From an uncultured delta proteobacterium (lineage in GTDB: Bacteria; Myxococcota_A; Polyangia; Polyangiales; Polyangiaceae): a stretch of DNA of 64,000 nt. The stretch is taken from the NCBI GenBank assembly GCA_963782055.1, contig CAWAIF010000003.1, forward strand, positions 3,808,001 through 3,872,000, in the 5' to 3' direction. Made by a program: the position numbers and the translations under genes. The notes below the pieces were generated by a model. That model was not told the DNA's origin, ran no database searches, and saw only the letters and a list, made by a program, of their open reading frames with translations. Positions 29,101-38,321 of the stretch are shown one piece after another. Within the stretch, counting starts at the first letter, position 1. Every line of letters starts with the position of its first letter.

Positions 29101-29335
29101 TGGCGAGCGAGGCGGTGGAGAGCACCAGCGCGGAGGCCAGGAAGGCGAAGGGGATCATCGAGCGCGGGTAGGCGAGCAGGAAGATCCCGTTCTGCGCCGA
29201 CTTGAGCATGACCAGCGCGGCGGAGACGGCGAAGACGAGCGCCAGCAGGCGCACGGCGCGCGCGAGCTCTCCCTCGCCCAGCCCGAGCGCCCGCGCGACG
29301 CGGTCGTCCGCCCGGGTCTGCGCCGCCGCCGTCAC
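26186..29335 (-). CDS. NTT/TLC-like (ATP/ADP translocase-like MFS) transporter fused to HEAT repeats and a cNMP-binding domain
   Basis: About 12 TM helices at the N-terminus (MLKSAQNGIFL, RSAKRLLP, FFGRYYG, RGVDRVLKQSL), central HEAT-like repeats, C-terminal GDFFGELALLDDEPRSA. Confidence 0.85.
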   Translation of the reverse strand: MTAAAQTRADDRVARALGLGEGELARAVRLLALVFAVSAALVMLKSAQNGIFLLAYPRSMIPFAFLASALVLSTASLATVPLAARLGAARLAMASLGVCAAVILGLRGMLAAGMPGAPFILYVAVETIAGVLLIQTWAVVSQATTPRSAKRLLPMAGVGATLAWTLFGLLVPAIAHRLGTPALLLIAPGALGVAFVLVGVVGARDLQASSHGPRRRSAVLQEWRSAFAFLREVPLLRVMGALSILALLTEQFMDLLLMTAAHERYATESSCAAFFGRYYGATSAITLVFLVLFSGRLLLTLGTSRALLLTPVLTVGAAVLALIFPGFGMAVALRGVDRVLKQSLWGAAAEQTQTPIPPIERVQSRALVRGVLAPAAYAVSAAVIAFLPAPSFRVLAAATLGGVVLMGALCGRSVRRAYRDALRRAIDERTLDIDEQAPASMDADTRRALLAELGSSDERRAGLAAELLCESGEPPAAGVIEAALASPVATVRASALRAMGRHALAREVPRLAPVLASDPDETCRVLAAHAVAVVGVAPPDVRAALEELVRAGAPAPRGAARVALAAVDAQEADEALDAAALLLDPDDDVVLAALEWLTRREVRGPARDEAVRALRAVLLAPQRSAECRLAAIDAAAHLGAVEVLPQAAALLGTPLGPQVASRFVEWGDEALRFVREQVDSAPPESMRHVASALSGVAGGPLLHQLLDHRDAEVRDRAVRSLAYAVARGDVPRPAEEEIAPLLDRELAAAYRLYAVLAGLAKDDGIPDWKVDAPYDALGREVELEIQSVRERVLHLLALTGRHRLASAVEVGLRRSSAEVDARIAELVDATLGRDLARRVVPLFERLSLRERAEMARQFADGVSQVERDPLGAILELGDQALLGHAMLVYGDRFRERFPRAYEEHARLIPLFERMAFLRTVPLFEEMPGPELRRVAEMLSGVEVLSGDVVFHKGDPGADLYIVRRGVVSIRDGAVEVSAADAGDFFGELALLDDEPRSADAVAAEDCSLLRLHGADFRELMARRPQIQERVLRVLVRRLREATGRITRVP

Positions 29336-29349
29336 GTCGAGAGCCTACC

Positions 29350-30198
29350 TCACTTGCGCTCGGCCTTCTTCGCCTCTTCCCAGTAGCCGTCCAGCGTCTC
29401 GAGCGGGAGGTGCCGCTCGCCGGGATCGCCCCAGCCACCATGCTCCTCCGCCACGCGCTTCTCGACGTGCGCGAAGCGCCGGGTGAACTTGTCGATGGTC
29501 CGCCGCAGCGCCACCTCGGCGTCGACGCCGGCGTGCCGCGAGAGGTTGACCAGCGCGAAGAGGGTGTCGCCGAGCTCCTCCTCGATCGCCGAGGCGTCGC
29601 CGTCCGCCACCGCGCGCTCCAGCTCCCCGAGCTCCTCGTGGACCTTGGCCTGCGAGCCGCGCGCGTCCTCCCAGTCGAAGCCGACGCGCGCCACCTTCTC
29701 GCCGATGCGCTGCGCACGCTCCAGCGCGGGGAGGCTGCGCGGCACGCCGGCGAGCAGCCCCCTGCCCTGCTTCTCCTTGGCCTTGAGCTTCTCCCAGTTG
29801 CGCAAGACCTCGTCGGCGTCCTTGGCCGAGAGGTCGCCGAAGACGTGCGGGTGACGGGAGACGAGCTTGTGGATGATGCCCTCGACGACGTCGTCGATGG
29901 CGAAGCTCCCCTCGGCGCGGGCGAGCTCCGCCTGGAAGACGACCTGGAGGAGGAGGTCCCCGAGCTCCTCGCGCAGGGCGCCGCGGTCGCCGCCCTCGAT
30001 GGCGTCGATGACCTCGCACGCCTCCTCCAGCACGTAGCGGCGGAGGGACTCGAAGGTCTGCTCGCGGTCCCACGGGCAGCCTCCGGGCGCGAGCAGCCGG
30101 CGCATCACCCCGACGAGGCGGGAGAGGGTGGTGCCGTCCTGGGCGTCGATGGCGGGGACGGGGCGCGGCGCGTCCTCGTCGAATCGCGGCAAGGTCAC
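29350..30198 (-). CDS. mazG: Nucleoside triphosphate pyrophosphohydrolase
   Basis: GCPWDREQT, EELGDLLLQVVF, KLVSRHPHVFG and EELGDTLF. Confidence 0.95.
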   Translation of the reverse strand: MTLPRFDEDAPRPVPAIDAQDGTTLSRLVGVMRRLLAPGGCPWDREQTFESLRRYVLEEACEVIDAIEGGDRGALREELGDLLLQVVFQAELARAEGSFAIDDVVEGIIHKLVSRHPHVFGDLSAKDADEVLRNWEKLKAKEKQGRGLLAGVPRSLPALERAQRIGEKVARVGFDWEDARGSQAKVHEELGELERAVADGDASAIEEELGDTLFALVNLSRHAGVDAEVALRRTIDKFTRRFAHVEKRVAEEHGGWGDPGERHLPLETLDGYWEEAKKAERK

Positions 30199-30801
30199 TT
30201 AGCCTTCTCCTTCGGGGGTCTCCAGCTCGTAGAAGCGCAGCTTGCCGGAGCGCGAGTAGAAGAGGCCGCACCCGAGCTGCACGAAGTGCGCGCCGAGGCG
30301 CTCGCGGTACCAGGCGCCCTCGCGGGGGAAGACCGCGACGTCGGTCATGTCCAGATCGCAGACCTCCCGCAGATCGCGCGCGGTGATGGCCTCGAGGTAA
30401 AGGAAGCCGCCGCACATGGCGCCCAGATTCTGGATGGCGCGGGCGGCGTCGTCGTCGTTCAGGTACGGCAGCACGCCCTGGCACACGACGAGGTCGAAGC
30501 GCTCGGCGGCGCGCCAGCGGGAGACGTCGCGGTGGACGTGGCCGTAGCGCCGGCAGGCGTAGGCGCTCACGTCGGTGGAGACGTAGCGCACCCCCGGACG
30601 GTGCCGGCGGAACCAGTCGCGCCAGAGGCCGGCCCCGGCGCCCACGTCCAGCACGGAGCGGATCTCGCCCCCCAGCCAGGCGACCATGCCGCACACCCCG
30701 CGCGCCAGGCGGGCGACCTCCCTCTTTCCGTGCACACGCGTCGTCTTCGACTCGTAGAAGCGGTCGAAGTAGGCCCCGTCGAACGTCGAGGTCCGCATCA
30801 T
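30199..30801 (-). CDS. Class I SAM-dependent methyltransferase
   Basis: SVLDVGAGAG and FDLVVCQGVLPYL. Confidence 0.85.
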   Translation of the reverse strand: MMRTSTFDGAYFDRFYESKTTRVHGKREVARLARGVCGMVAWLGGEIRSVLDVGAGAGLWRDWFRRHRPGVRYVSTDVSAYACRRYGHVHRDVSRWRAAERFDLVVCQGVLPYLNDDDAARAIQNLGAMCGGFLYLEAITARDLREVCDLDMTDVAVFPREGAWYRERLGAHFVQLGCGLFYSRSGKLRFYELETPEGEG

Positions 30802-30858
30802 GGCCCCACGCTGGACGGTCTTGAGCCACGACGCAAGGGGCTTTGCTACAGTCCATGC

Positions 30859-32007
30859 ATGGCCCGCCCCCCGAGCCCGATCTTTCGCCGGGTGCTCATC
30901 GCGCTCGGCGTCGCGGCCGTGCTGTGGCTCGCCTACCTGCTGCGGGGTGTGCTGACGCCCCTCTTCTTCGCCTTCCTGGTCGCCTACGCGCTCGACCCGG
31001 CGGTGGACAAGCTGGAGTCGTGGAAGGTCCCCCGCGCGATCGGCGCCATCGCCGTGATGCTCGGCCTGGTGGCGGTCGTGGCGGTGGTGCTCACCTACGC
31101 GATCCCCCTTTTCGTGGAGGAGCTGCGGGCGGCCGCGGCCGACCTGCCCAGCCAGATCGCCAACCTGCAGTCGAGGGCCGAGCCCTGGATGATGCAGAAC
31201 TTCAAGGTCAAGCTCCCGCACTCCTGGAGCGATCTCAGCACCGAGTACCCCTCCATCCTGAGCGCGGTGAGCACCGCGCTCTTCGGCACGCTCTCGTACG
31301 TGGCCGTGGCGCTCAGCGCCCTCATCATCCCGGTCTTCGCCCTCTACCTGCTCATCGACTTCGACCGCATCGTGCGGCGCACCGGGCAGCTCATCCCGCG
31401 GCGCTGGCTGCGCCCCGTCACCGAGGTGGCGGCGCAGGTCCACCGCACCCTCGGCGGGTACGTGCGCGGTCAGGTCACCGCCTGCTTCGTGCTCGCCGCG
31501 CTGTATGCCCTCGGCCTGCGGATGGTGGACATCCGCCTCGCCGTACCCATCGGCGTGCTGACCGGCATGCTCGCCTTCGTGCCTTACGTGGGCTTCTTCA
31601 CGGGCTTCACGCTGGCGCTCGCCATGGCCACGCTGGACTGGAAGGGCGTGGGCCCGGTGCTGGGCGTCTGCGTGGTGATGCTGGGCGTGCAGGCGCTGGA
31701 CGGCATGGTCATCACCCCGCGCATCGTGGGCCGCTCGGTGGGCCTGCGCCCGCTGGAGGTGCTGCTCACCATGATGGCGGCCGGCTCGCTGCTGGGCTTC
31801 TTCGGCGTGCTGCTCGCCGTGCCGCTCGGTGCGGTGGTGAAGATCCTGGTGCAGCGGGGGGTGAAGGCGTACCTGGACACCGATTTCTACCGCCTCAGCC
31901 CGGAGGGGACGCCCCGCCCGCGGGAGCTCGGACTGGTGGTGGGCGAGCCCCCGCGCAAGGAGCCGGAGAGCAAGAAGAAGACCCCCGTGAAAGGAACCGC
32001 TTCATGA
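30859..32007 (+). CDS. AI-2E family transporter
   Basis: PLFFAFLVAYALDP, GGYVRGQ, FVPYVG, PRIVGRSVGL and GVLLAVP. Confidence 0.92.
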   Translation: MARPPSPIFRRVLIALGVAAVLWLAYLLRGVLTPLFFAFLVAYALDPAVDKLESWKVPRAIGAIAVMLGLVAVVAVVLTYAIPLFVEELRAAAADLPSQIANLQSRAEPWMMQNFKVKLPHSWSDLSTEYPSILSAVSTALFGTLSYVAVALSALIIPVFALYLLIDFDRIVRRTGQLIPRRWLRPVTEVAAQVHRTLGGYVRGQVTACFVLAALYALGLRMVDIRLAVPIGVLTGMLAFVPYVGFFTGFTLALAMATLDWKGVGPVLGVCVVMLGVQALDGMVITPRIVGRSVGLRPLEVLLTMMAAGSLLGFFGVLLAVPLGAVVKILVQRGVKAYLDTDFYRLSPEGTPRPRELGLVVGEPPRKEPESKKKTPVKGTAS

Positions 32008-32780
32008 CCGACGTCATCCAGCGCCGGGACGAGCGCACGCTCGTCTTGACAATCAACCGCCCGGAGGCGCGCAACGCCCTCACCCTGCCCGTGCTGAAGG
32101 GCCTGACCGAGGGCCTCGCCGAGGCGCAGAAGGACGAAGGCATCCGGTGTGTGGTGATCACCGGCGCCGGCGGCCACTTCTGCGCGGGCGCAGACCTGCG
32201 CAAGAACCTCGAAGACCCGACGGCCATGGACCGTCTGGACGAGTACATGGACCAGTTCCACGGGGTCATCCGCGCCATCGTCCGCTGCCCGAAGCCCACC
32301 CTCGCGATGGTCGACGGCGCGGCCGTCGGCTTCGGCGCCGACATGGCCCTCGCGTGCGATCTGCGCGTCGTGTCGACCACGAGCTACGTGCAGGAGAAGT
32401 TCGTCAGCATCGGCCTCATGCCCGACGGCGGCGGCACCTTCTGGCTCCCGCGCCTCATCGGCACGGCCCGGGCGATGCAGATGTTCTTGCTGGCAGAGAA
32501 GCTCTCCGGGCCGGACCTCGCCTCGCTGGGCATCGCGATGCAGGCGGTGCCCGCGGCGGAGCTCGAGCAGACGACGATGGCGGTGGCCCGCCGGCTGGAG
32601 AAGGGCCCCCCCCTCGCCCACGCCGCCATCAAGCAGGCGGTCTACGCGAGCTGGGGCGACCTGGAGGACGCCCTTCGCCGCGAGCGCGAGTCGCAGCTGA
32701 AGCTCCTCCGTTCGGCGGACGTCATGGAAGGCATCCTCGCCTGGATGCAGAAGCGCGAGCCGACCTTCCAGGGAAAATAG
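32004..32780 (+). CDS. Enoyl-CoA hydratase/isomerase family protein (PaaG-like)
   Basis: INRPEARNAL, FCAGADL, GFGADMALACD and IGLMPDGGGT. Confidence 0.9.
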   Translation: MTDVIQRRDERTLVLTINRPEARNALTLPVLKGLTEGLAEAQKDEGIRCVVITGAGGHFCAGADLRKNLEDPTAMDRLDEYMDQFHGVIRAIVRCPKPTLAMVDGAAVGFGADMALACDLRVVSTTSYVQEKFVSIGLMPDGGGTFWLPRLIGTARAMQMFLLAEKLSGPDLASLGIAMQAVPAAELEQTTMAVARRLEKGPPLAHAAIKQAVYASWGDLEDALRRERESQLKLLRSADVMEGILAWMQKREPTFQGK

Positions 32781-32788
32781 GCGGCGGC

Positions 32789-33805
32789 TCAGTCCCGCTC
32801 GCCCACCGACGAACCCTCGAGGTACGCGCGCAGCTCCTCGCCGGCGCCGTGACGGCCGATGCCGATCATCAGCTTGGCGAGCGCGCACTCCGGCGTCATG
32901 TCCCCGGCGGAGATGGCGCCGGCGTCGGCCGCGGCCGCCCCGCCCGGGTACCGCGTGAGGTCGACGTGCCCGCGCATGCACTGCGAGACGACCACGACCG
33001 GAACGCCGGCCCTGCGCGCCTCGTCCAGCGCCGGGATGAGGGAGCGCCCGAGCTGGGGGAAGTTGCCGGTCCCGTACGCCTCCAGCACCAGGCCGCGCAC
33101 CCCCGCGCGCACCGCGCCGGAGACGAGCTCGGGGTCCAGGCCAGGGAAGATGCGCACCGCGAGCACGCGCGGCTCCAGACGATCATCGAGGGGCGCGAGG
33201 GGAGCGGGCCTCCGAACGTGCCCGGCCACCTCGGCCTCCACGCCGAGCATGGCCAGCGGCGGGCAGTTGGGCGAGTCGAAGGCGTCGTAGCCCCACGCGT
33301 CGCGCTTGATGGCGCGCACCCCGCGCAGCACGCGAGCGGCGAAGGTCACGGCCACCTCGGGCACGGGGAGCGTGGCGACGAGGGCGGCGTCCACCAGGTT
33401 CTCGCGCGCGTCCGTCCGGACCTCGGTGAGCGGCCGCTGCGAGCCTGTGAGCACCACCGGCTTCGGCAGGGGCCCCAGCATCAGCCCGAGCGCGCTGGCG
33501 GTGTAGGCCATGGTGTCGGTGCCGTGCACCACCACCACACCGTCGTACCGGGGGGAGCCGAGCGCCTCGTGGACGGCGCGCGCGAGCGCGGTCCAGTGCG
33601 GCGGCTGCATGTCGCCCGAGTCCATCGCGAAGACCAGCCGCGACTCGATCTCGGCGACCCTGCCCAGGGCGGGCACCTCCTGCACCAGGTCGCGCGCGAC
33701 GGTGTCGAGCTCCAGCCGGCTCGCCCGCGCACCGACCCCGCGGGCACCCACGCTCTCCCGCATGAGGAGCGTGCCGCCCGTCAGGAGGAAGAGCAGGCGC
33801 GGCAC
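32789..33805 (-). CDS. L-asparaginase, type I
   Basis: TGGTL, HGTDTMAY, VVLTGSQ and GDMTPECALAKL. Confidence 0.92.
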   Translation of the reverse strand: MPRLLFLLTGGTLLMRESVGARGVGARASRLELDTVARDLVQEVPALGRVAEIESRLVFAMDSGDMQPPHWTALARAVHEALGSPRYDGVVVVHGTDTMAYTASALGLMLGPLPKPVVLTGSQRPLTEVRTDARENLVDAALVATLPVPEVAVTFAARVLRGVRAIKRDAWGYDAFDSPNCPPLAMLGVEAEVAGHVRRPAPLAPLDDRLEPRVLAVRIFPGLDPELVSGAVRAGVRGLVLEAYGTGNFPQLGRSLIPALDEARRAGVPVVVVSQCMRGHVDLTRYPGGAAAADAGAISAGDMTPECALAKLMIGIGRHGAGEELRAYLEGSSVGERD

Positions 33806-33809
33806 GACG

Positions 33810-34406
33810 TCAGAACACCCGGGCTTCGACCTTGATGGTGTCGCCCGCCTGCAGGGGGATGTCCGGCTGCGCGCCGTCGGTGATGGCGTCCACGCTGATG
33901 GTGACGGTCACCGACTTGTCCTTCGCCGTCTGCCGCGTGAGGATGACGTGGTTGCTGTCGGCGATGGAGGTAAACCCCCCGGTCTGGACGATCGCGTCGA
34001 CCAGCTTCATCCCGTCGGTCCAGGAGACGCTCCCGGGCTTGTTGACCTGCCCGATGACGCTCACCTTCTTGGAGGCGTACTGCTTGACCAGCAGGGTGAT
34101 CTGCGGGTCGACCAGGATCTTCGCCTCCTTGAGCTTCTTCTTGAGGAGGTCGACGACCTCCTGCGGCTCCAGCCCCTTCACGTCCACTCGCTGGATGTAG
34201 GGGAAGTCGATCGTCCCGTCGGGGTTGACCCGGTACTCCGTGGGAAGGTCCTTCTCCCCCACCACGTCGATGTCGAAGACATCCCCCGGGCCGAGCTGGG
34301 TGCTCTGCACCGGCGTGGGCAGGTTGGGCGTGGGCGGACGGCCGCCGTAGCAACCCGCGAAGAGCAGCAGGGCGCAGACGACCAGGACGAGGCGCTTCAC
34401 GCCCAT
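33810..34406 (-). CDS. Short OPX/Wza polysaccharide export lipoprotein (Poly_export + one SLBB domain, no OM helix)
   Basis: Lipobox FAGC, LGPGDVFDIDV, VNPDGTIDFPYI and VSVIGQVNKPG; ends LQAGDTIKVEARVF. Confidence 0.9.
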   Translation of the reverse strand: MGVKRLVLVVCALLLFAGCYGGRPPTPNLPTPVQSTQLGPGDVFDIDVVGEKDLPTEYRVNPDGTIDFPYIQRVDVKGLEPQEVVDLLKKKLKEAKILVDPQITLLVKQYASKKVSVIGQVNKPGSVSWTDGMKLVDAIVQTGGFTSIADSNHVILTRQTAKDKSVTVTISVDAITDGAQPDIPLQAGDTIKVEARVF

Positions 34407-34446
34407 TGCGTAGCACACGGCGTCGCCGGCGTTCAGGCCTGAGCCC

Positions 34447-35859
34447 TCACATGAACCAGCGGAAGCCGAGGTACGCCTCGAACCGCCGGTACGCCATGTC
34501 GTAGGTGTTCGGTCCGGGCCCTGTTCCACCCGCCGGGAGCACCCCTGCATTGGAGAAGCGCATCTCCTCGGTGTAACGGAGCGTGGTGTTCAGCCCCAGC
34601 GTGTTGCTGAACCGGTACTCGGCGAAGATCGTCGCGTCGGCCGCGCCGTTGACGAAGGGCTCCGAGATGGTCGCCAGCCCGCTGCCGGTGTTGGAGAAGA
34701 GGCGCGGGTACTCGCGCGCCCCGAAGCCGCCCTCGAGCGACACCAGCGCCCGCCCGGCGAAGAAGTACGACATCTTCAGGTAGCCGCGATCGCTGCCGTA
34801 GTACGAACCCAGGTAGCTCGTGGCGAAGTCGCGGTTGTAGCCGATGGAGAGGGAGGAGATTGAGAGCGTGGCGTCGGACATCGCCTCCACGTTCGGGTTC
34901 GGCGTCAGGAAGAACTTGGCCTCCAGCTGGCCGATGACGCTATCGTACTGCTGCACCGCCGCGTTCCCTTGCGTGTCGACGAAGCTCCCGCCGTAGCCCA
35001 CCATGGCGAGCAGCCCGAACCGCGGCGAGATGAGGCCGCTGAGGCCAAGACGAGATCGCAGGGGCGTTGAGTCGAGCAGGCCGTTGAAGGCCTGTGCCCG
35101 TTGCGTGAAGTTGTTGAAGGCGAAGTTGCCGTCGTAGACCACGGCGGTCTTTGGCCGGAACTTCCAGCTCCCTTGGGTGATGATCGCGTTCGATATGTTG
35201 TTGAACGGATTCGTTCCTGAGGCGTCGAGGAAGGTGAAGCGACCGCGATAACCGAGCTTCCAGCTCAGAAGGCCGCCGCCCGGCGACCACGTCACATCCG
35301 CACCCGCATTCAGCGTGTTGCGATTGAAGTTCACATCCGGGTTACCCGCGGAATTTGGTGCCACCGTCCTGTCGTAACCCGCCTCCAGCCCGAAGCTCCA
35401 CGGGCGCTGGGGCAGCACGTCCAGGCGACCGTTCACGTCCGCGGACAGGCCGTTCAGCCCATTGAGGTCGGTGATGACCTTGTCGCCCAGGAACGCACGA
35501 TACGTGGCGCTGATCCCTGCACGGAAATTGACCGTCGGCGGCTCGGCGTTCTGGTCGGTCTGCTTGCGCTCGGGCCCGAGGGTCGAGAGGTAGAGCGAGG
35601 GGGTGATGCGAAAGATCCCGGCGACGGCGGGGTCCGAGTTGGAAGCGCCCGCATTGTAGGTCCGGCGCAGGTAGTTGGAGTCGAACCCTGCCTCGCCGCC
35701 GACCCCAGGGTGCAGCTCGAAGTTGCCGACCTTGACGCCAATCCCTTCCGCGTACTTGCGGTCCGCCAGCCAGCCCTGGGCATGCGCGGACTTCGCCACG
35801 AAGAGTGGGGCGGCGAAGCCAAGAACTACGGCGAATATGGCGAGTCGTCTACGTTGCAT
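34447..35859 (-). CDS. Outer-membrane beta-barrel, probable polysaccharide porin (Wzp/EpsX-like)
   Basis: Signal peptide, ELHPGVGGEAGFDSN (BBP2-like), many amphipathic strands, C-terminal AYLGFRWFM; adjacent to the short OPX gene. Confidence 0.8.
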   Translation of the reverse strand: MQRRRLAIFAVVLGFAAPLFVAKSAHAQGWLADRKYAEGIGVKVGNFELHPGVGGEAGFDSNYLRRTYNAGASNSDPAVAGIFRITPSLYLSTLGPERKQTDQNAEPPTVNFRAGISATYRAFLGDKVITDLNGLNGLSADVNGRLDVLPQRPWSFGLEAGYDRTVAPNSAGNPDVNFNRNTLNAGADVTWSPGGGLLSWKLGYRGRFTFLDASGTNPFNNISNAIITQGSWKFRPKTAVVYDGNFAFNNFTQRAQAFNGLLDSTPLRSRLGLSGLISPRFGLLAMVGYGGSFVDTQGNAAVQQYDSVIGQLEAKFFLTPNPNVEAMSDATLSISSLSIGYNRDFATSYLGSYYGSDRGYLKMSYFFAGRALVSLEGGFGAREYPRLFSNTGSGLATISEPFVNGAADATIFAEYRFSNTLGLNTTLRYTEEMRFSNAGVLPAGGTGPGPNTYDMAYRRFEAYLGFRWFM

Positions 35860-35929
35860 TCGGGACCGCGGAGGGCGCGCGCGCAGCCTCACCCTTGGAG
35901 ACGCTTCATGGTCGAGCCAGGCACTTACC

Positions 35930-36529
35930 CTATCGAGAGCAAGAAACGCAACTCGGCGGATTCAGCACCTGGTTGGGATCGGGCGGGTTGTACTGCGTCT
36001 CGTCGTCGGGGGGGAGGGTCTGGTCGACGGTGGTGGTCACCTTGGACTCACCGATCAACACAGCCTCCTCGCCGATGCACTGGTTCGCCTCTGCGGTCAA
36101 CTGCTCCGCGCGCTGCCGGAGAACCGTCAAAATCGTGAATTCGTGGTCGGCCAGCTCGGTGTCGTTGCGCTTCACAGCGAGCTGCAGGGAGCTACGCCGG
36201 TCCTTGGCGGACCGCGTGGCGACGTCGATCTGGTTGAGCTTGTCGTTCAGGCAGAGGGTCTTCACCACGTCACGGGCGGCGCGGGCATCCGCGAGCTGAT
36301 GCCGGACGGTGGTCGCCGCCTGCTCCATCCGCGTGACCTGCTTGTCCGCCTCATCCAGCTCTTGCTGGGGGGTGAGCGTCTGCTTGCGCTGGAAGCCGAC
36401 CTGGCCGCTCCCCGTGTCGGACGGTGACGTTGTACCGGCCGCGCCCGCAGCCGTCTGCGCGCCTGCCGGAACGGCGGCCGCGCACAGGGCGACCACGGCG
36501 AGCCACTTCACTTTGGACCCAAGACGCAT
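35930..36529 (-). CDS. Secreted alpha-helical protein, hypothetical
   Basis: Signal peptide (AGA-Q), coiled-coil with DVVKTLCLNDKL...EANQCIG (possible disulfide); GGGAGG RBS. Confidence 0.75.
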   Translation of the reverse strand: MRLGSKVKWLAVVALCAAAVPAGAQTAAGAAGTTSPSDTGSGQVGFQRKQTLTPQQELDEADKQVTRMEQAATTVRHQLADARAARDVVKTLCLNDKLNQIDVATRSAKDRRSSLQLAVKRNDTELADHEFTILTVLRQRAEQLTAEANQCIGEEAVLIGESKVTTTVDQTLPPDDETQYNPPDPNQVLNPPSCVSCSR

Positions 36530-36556
36530 CAAGAATCCCTCCCAGCGGGTGTAGGC

Positions 36557-36585
36557 AATGTACCGACCTTGCCAAGGGGTGTCAA
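36557..36585 (-). promoter_or_regulatory. Near-consensus sigma70 promoter for the helical protein-barrel-wza operon
   Basis: Minus strand TTGACA (36580-36585), 17-nt spacer, TACATT (36557-36562). Confidence 0.75.
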
Positions 36586-36742
36586 CGCGGGAAACCGTCG
36601 AGCTGGAGCCCACTTACGGCTTTCCCTTCCCCTTCGATGCCCTACGGCTCAGGCCCATTCACCCCCACGAAAATGCGGCAAAAATGGGCCGGGCGCCCCT
36701 CCCGGAGGGAGCGGCGGGCCCAGCCGAGCCGTGGGGGGGCGG

Positions 36743-38129
36743 CTACTTCTGCTGAACGAAGGTGACGGGGACCTGAATCGTCGAGCCGCCGCCGCCGGGG
36801 GCGTCGAAGCTGGCGTTCCGGGTCTTGCGCATGATGCAGGCCTCCACGTCGGGCGACAGGCCGGAGCCCCCCACCTTGCTGACGCTCTGCACCTCACCGT
36901 TGGGGGCGATCTTGATGGCCATCGTGAGCTTGCCGGCCATGCTCGGATCGTTCGCGAGGCCCTTGTTGTAGCAAGACCGGAAGCCGGGACGGAGCCGCGC
37001 GATGGTGCGCTCGGCGTTGGCGACCGGCGCGGACGAGCTGAGCGCGCCCATCGTGGCCTCGCCCTTCGGACCCTTGACCTCGCGCACGGTGCCGGAGCCG
37101 CCTCCGCCGCCGCCTTGCGAGACGCCGAGGCCCGTCAGACCGCCGCCCTTGGAGCCGGGGATGTTCACGCCCCCGCCCCCGGTGGCGAGCTTGAGGTCGC
37201 CGCCTGCGTTGCTGACGCCTGCCGCCGACTGGGCGGCCTGGCTGAGGTCGGTCACCGGGACGTCGCTGCGGTTGAGCGCGCCCGTCACCGCCGAGCTGCC
37301 GCCGTAGGCCGCGAGGAGCTGCATCGTCATGGTGTCCGCTTGCTGCGACATCGCCGCGGCCTGCTTCTCGCTGACCTTGCCCTTCGTCCCGGAGGCCTTG
37401 TTGGTCTCCTTCGGCGCGGCCTCCTTGGCGGTGGCGGTGGCCGTGGCGGCCGTGTCCGACGTCTCCGCCGGCTTGTCCTCCACCGGCGGCGGCGGGAGGT
37501 TCTTGGTCATGTCGATGAGACCCTGGATGCTCTCGTCTTGCACTACCGGGTCCATCCAGTCGGAGTACATCGCGCCGATGAACCCGAAGTGGAACATGAA
37601 GCTGAACGCCGCGATGATGGTGAGCGTCCAGTCGATCTGGCTGGCGAGGCCGCCCTTCACCGACAGCGGGAGCTGCGGACGAGGCTGCGGCGGCGGCGGC
37701 GCGACGAACTGGAAGAGGAACGTCGTCTCGCCGATGACCACCTTGCCGCGCGCCTCGTCGGTGAGGCGGATTCTGGTAGGCGGGGCCGACGCGACGAGCC
37801 TGGCCGCGGAGGCCGGCGAGATCGCTGATGCCGGTCGCGAGAGCGACGCGCCCGGTCATGCCGTCGACGAAGTTCAGGTAGTAGTCGCTGCCGATGAGCT
37901 CGAAGAGCTTGAACTGCGGGGGGATGTGGGGTGTCGGCACCACGAACATCGCGCGCTCGCTCTGACCGATGGTCACGCTGCTGCGCTGCTTGATGACGCG
38001 CTCCTCGATGACCCGACCGGACTGCACCAGGCCGATGCGGAGGACCTTCGGGCCCGTCTGCTGCGTGACGGCCCGCATCACCGCGGTCATCTGCCCGGGA
38101 CGACCTCCAGGCTGTGCTCCGGGGCTCAT
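36743..38129 (-). pseudogene. GltG/NfsG-like TonB-like protein (AgmX/PglI C-terminal domain) with a +1 frameshift near 37771 (true pseudogene or sequencing error)
   Basis: N-half KVLRIGLVQSGRVIEERVI...VTIG; C-half has a TM helix with SxxxH (FSFMFH) and FRSCYNKGL...GKLTMAIKIAPNGEV...CI...VPVTF. Removing one base restores YQIRLTDEARGKVVIG. Confidence 0.85.
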
Positions 38130-38321
38130 GTTCGAATTCACCGGGGGCCTCCTCGGCAGCCCTGGGATCGGCTGCCACTCAGCGTTGGAGTACGAGGACT
38201 CTGAAAAAGTTCCCGACGCCGTCGCGGACGGTCCCGAGGGATGGACCCCGGGCCCGTGCCCAGAGGCTACACGACGCCGGAGCACCGGAAAAGGAAGAAG
38301 AAACGTGCGTGTGGCCGCCCC

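Noticed and set aside
24884..29386. 1500-aa plus-strand ORF
   Set aside because: Antisense shadow of rlmN and the NTT-HEAT gene; Arg/Ala/Gly-rich with no motifs, as expected in high-GC DNA.
25821..29717. 1298-aa minus-strand alternative-frame ORF
   Set aside because: Overlaps real genes in another frame and has low-complexity R/P/G composition.
34850..36700. Slightly more AT-rich stretch as a horizontally acquired island
   Set aside because: The shift is modest by eye, the genes are typical of myxobacteria, and there is no integrase, tRNA or flanking repeat.
38130..38321. Hidden gltF-like small gene upstream of the gltG-like gene
   Set aside because: No ORF with a signal peptide or suitable start was found; it looks like a promoter/UTR spacer.
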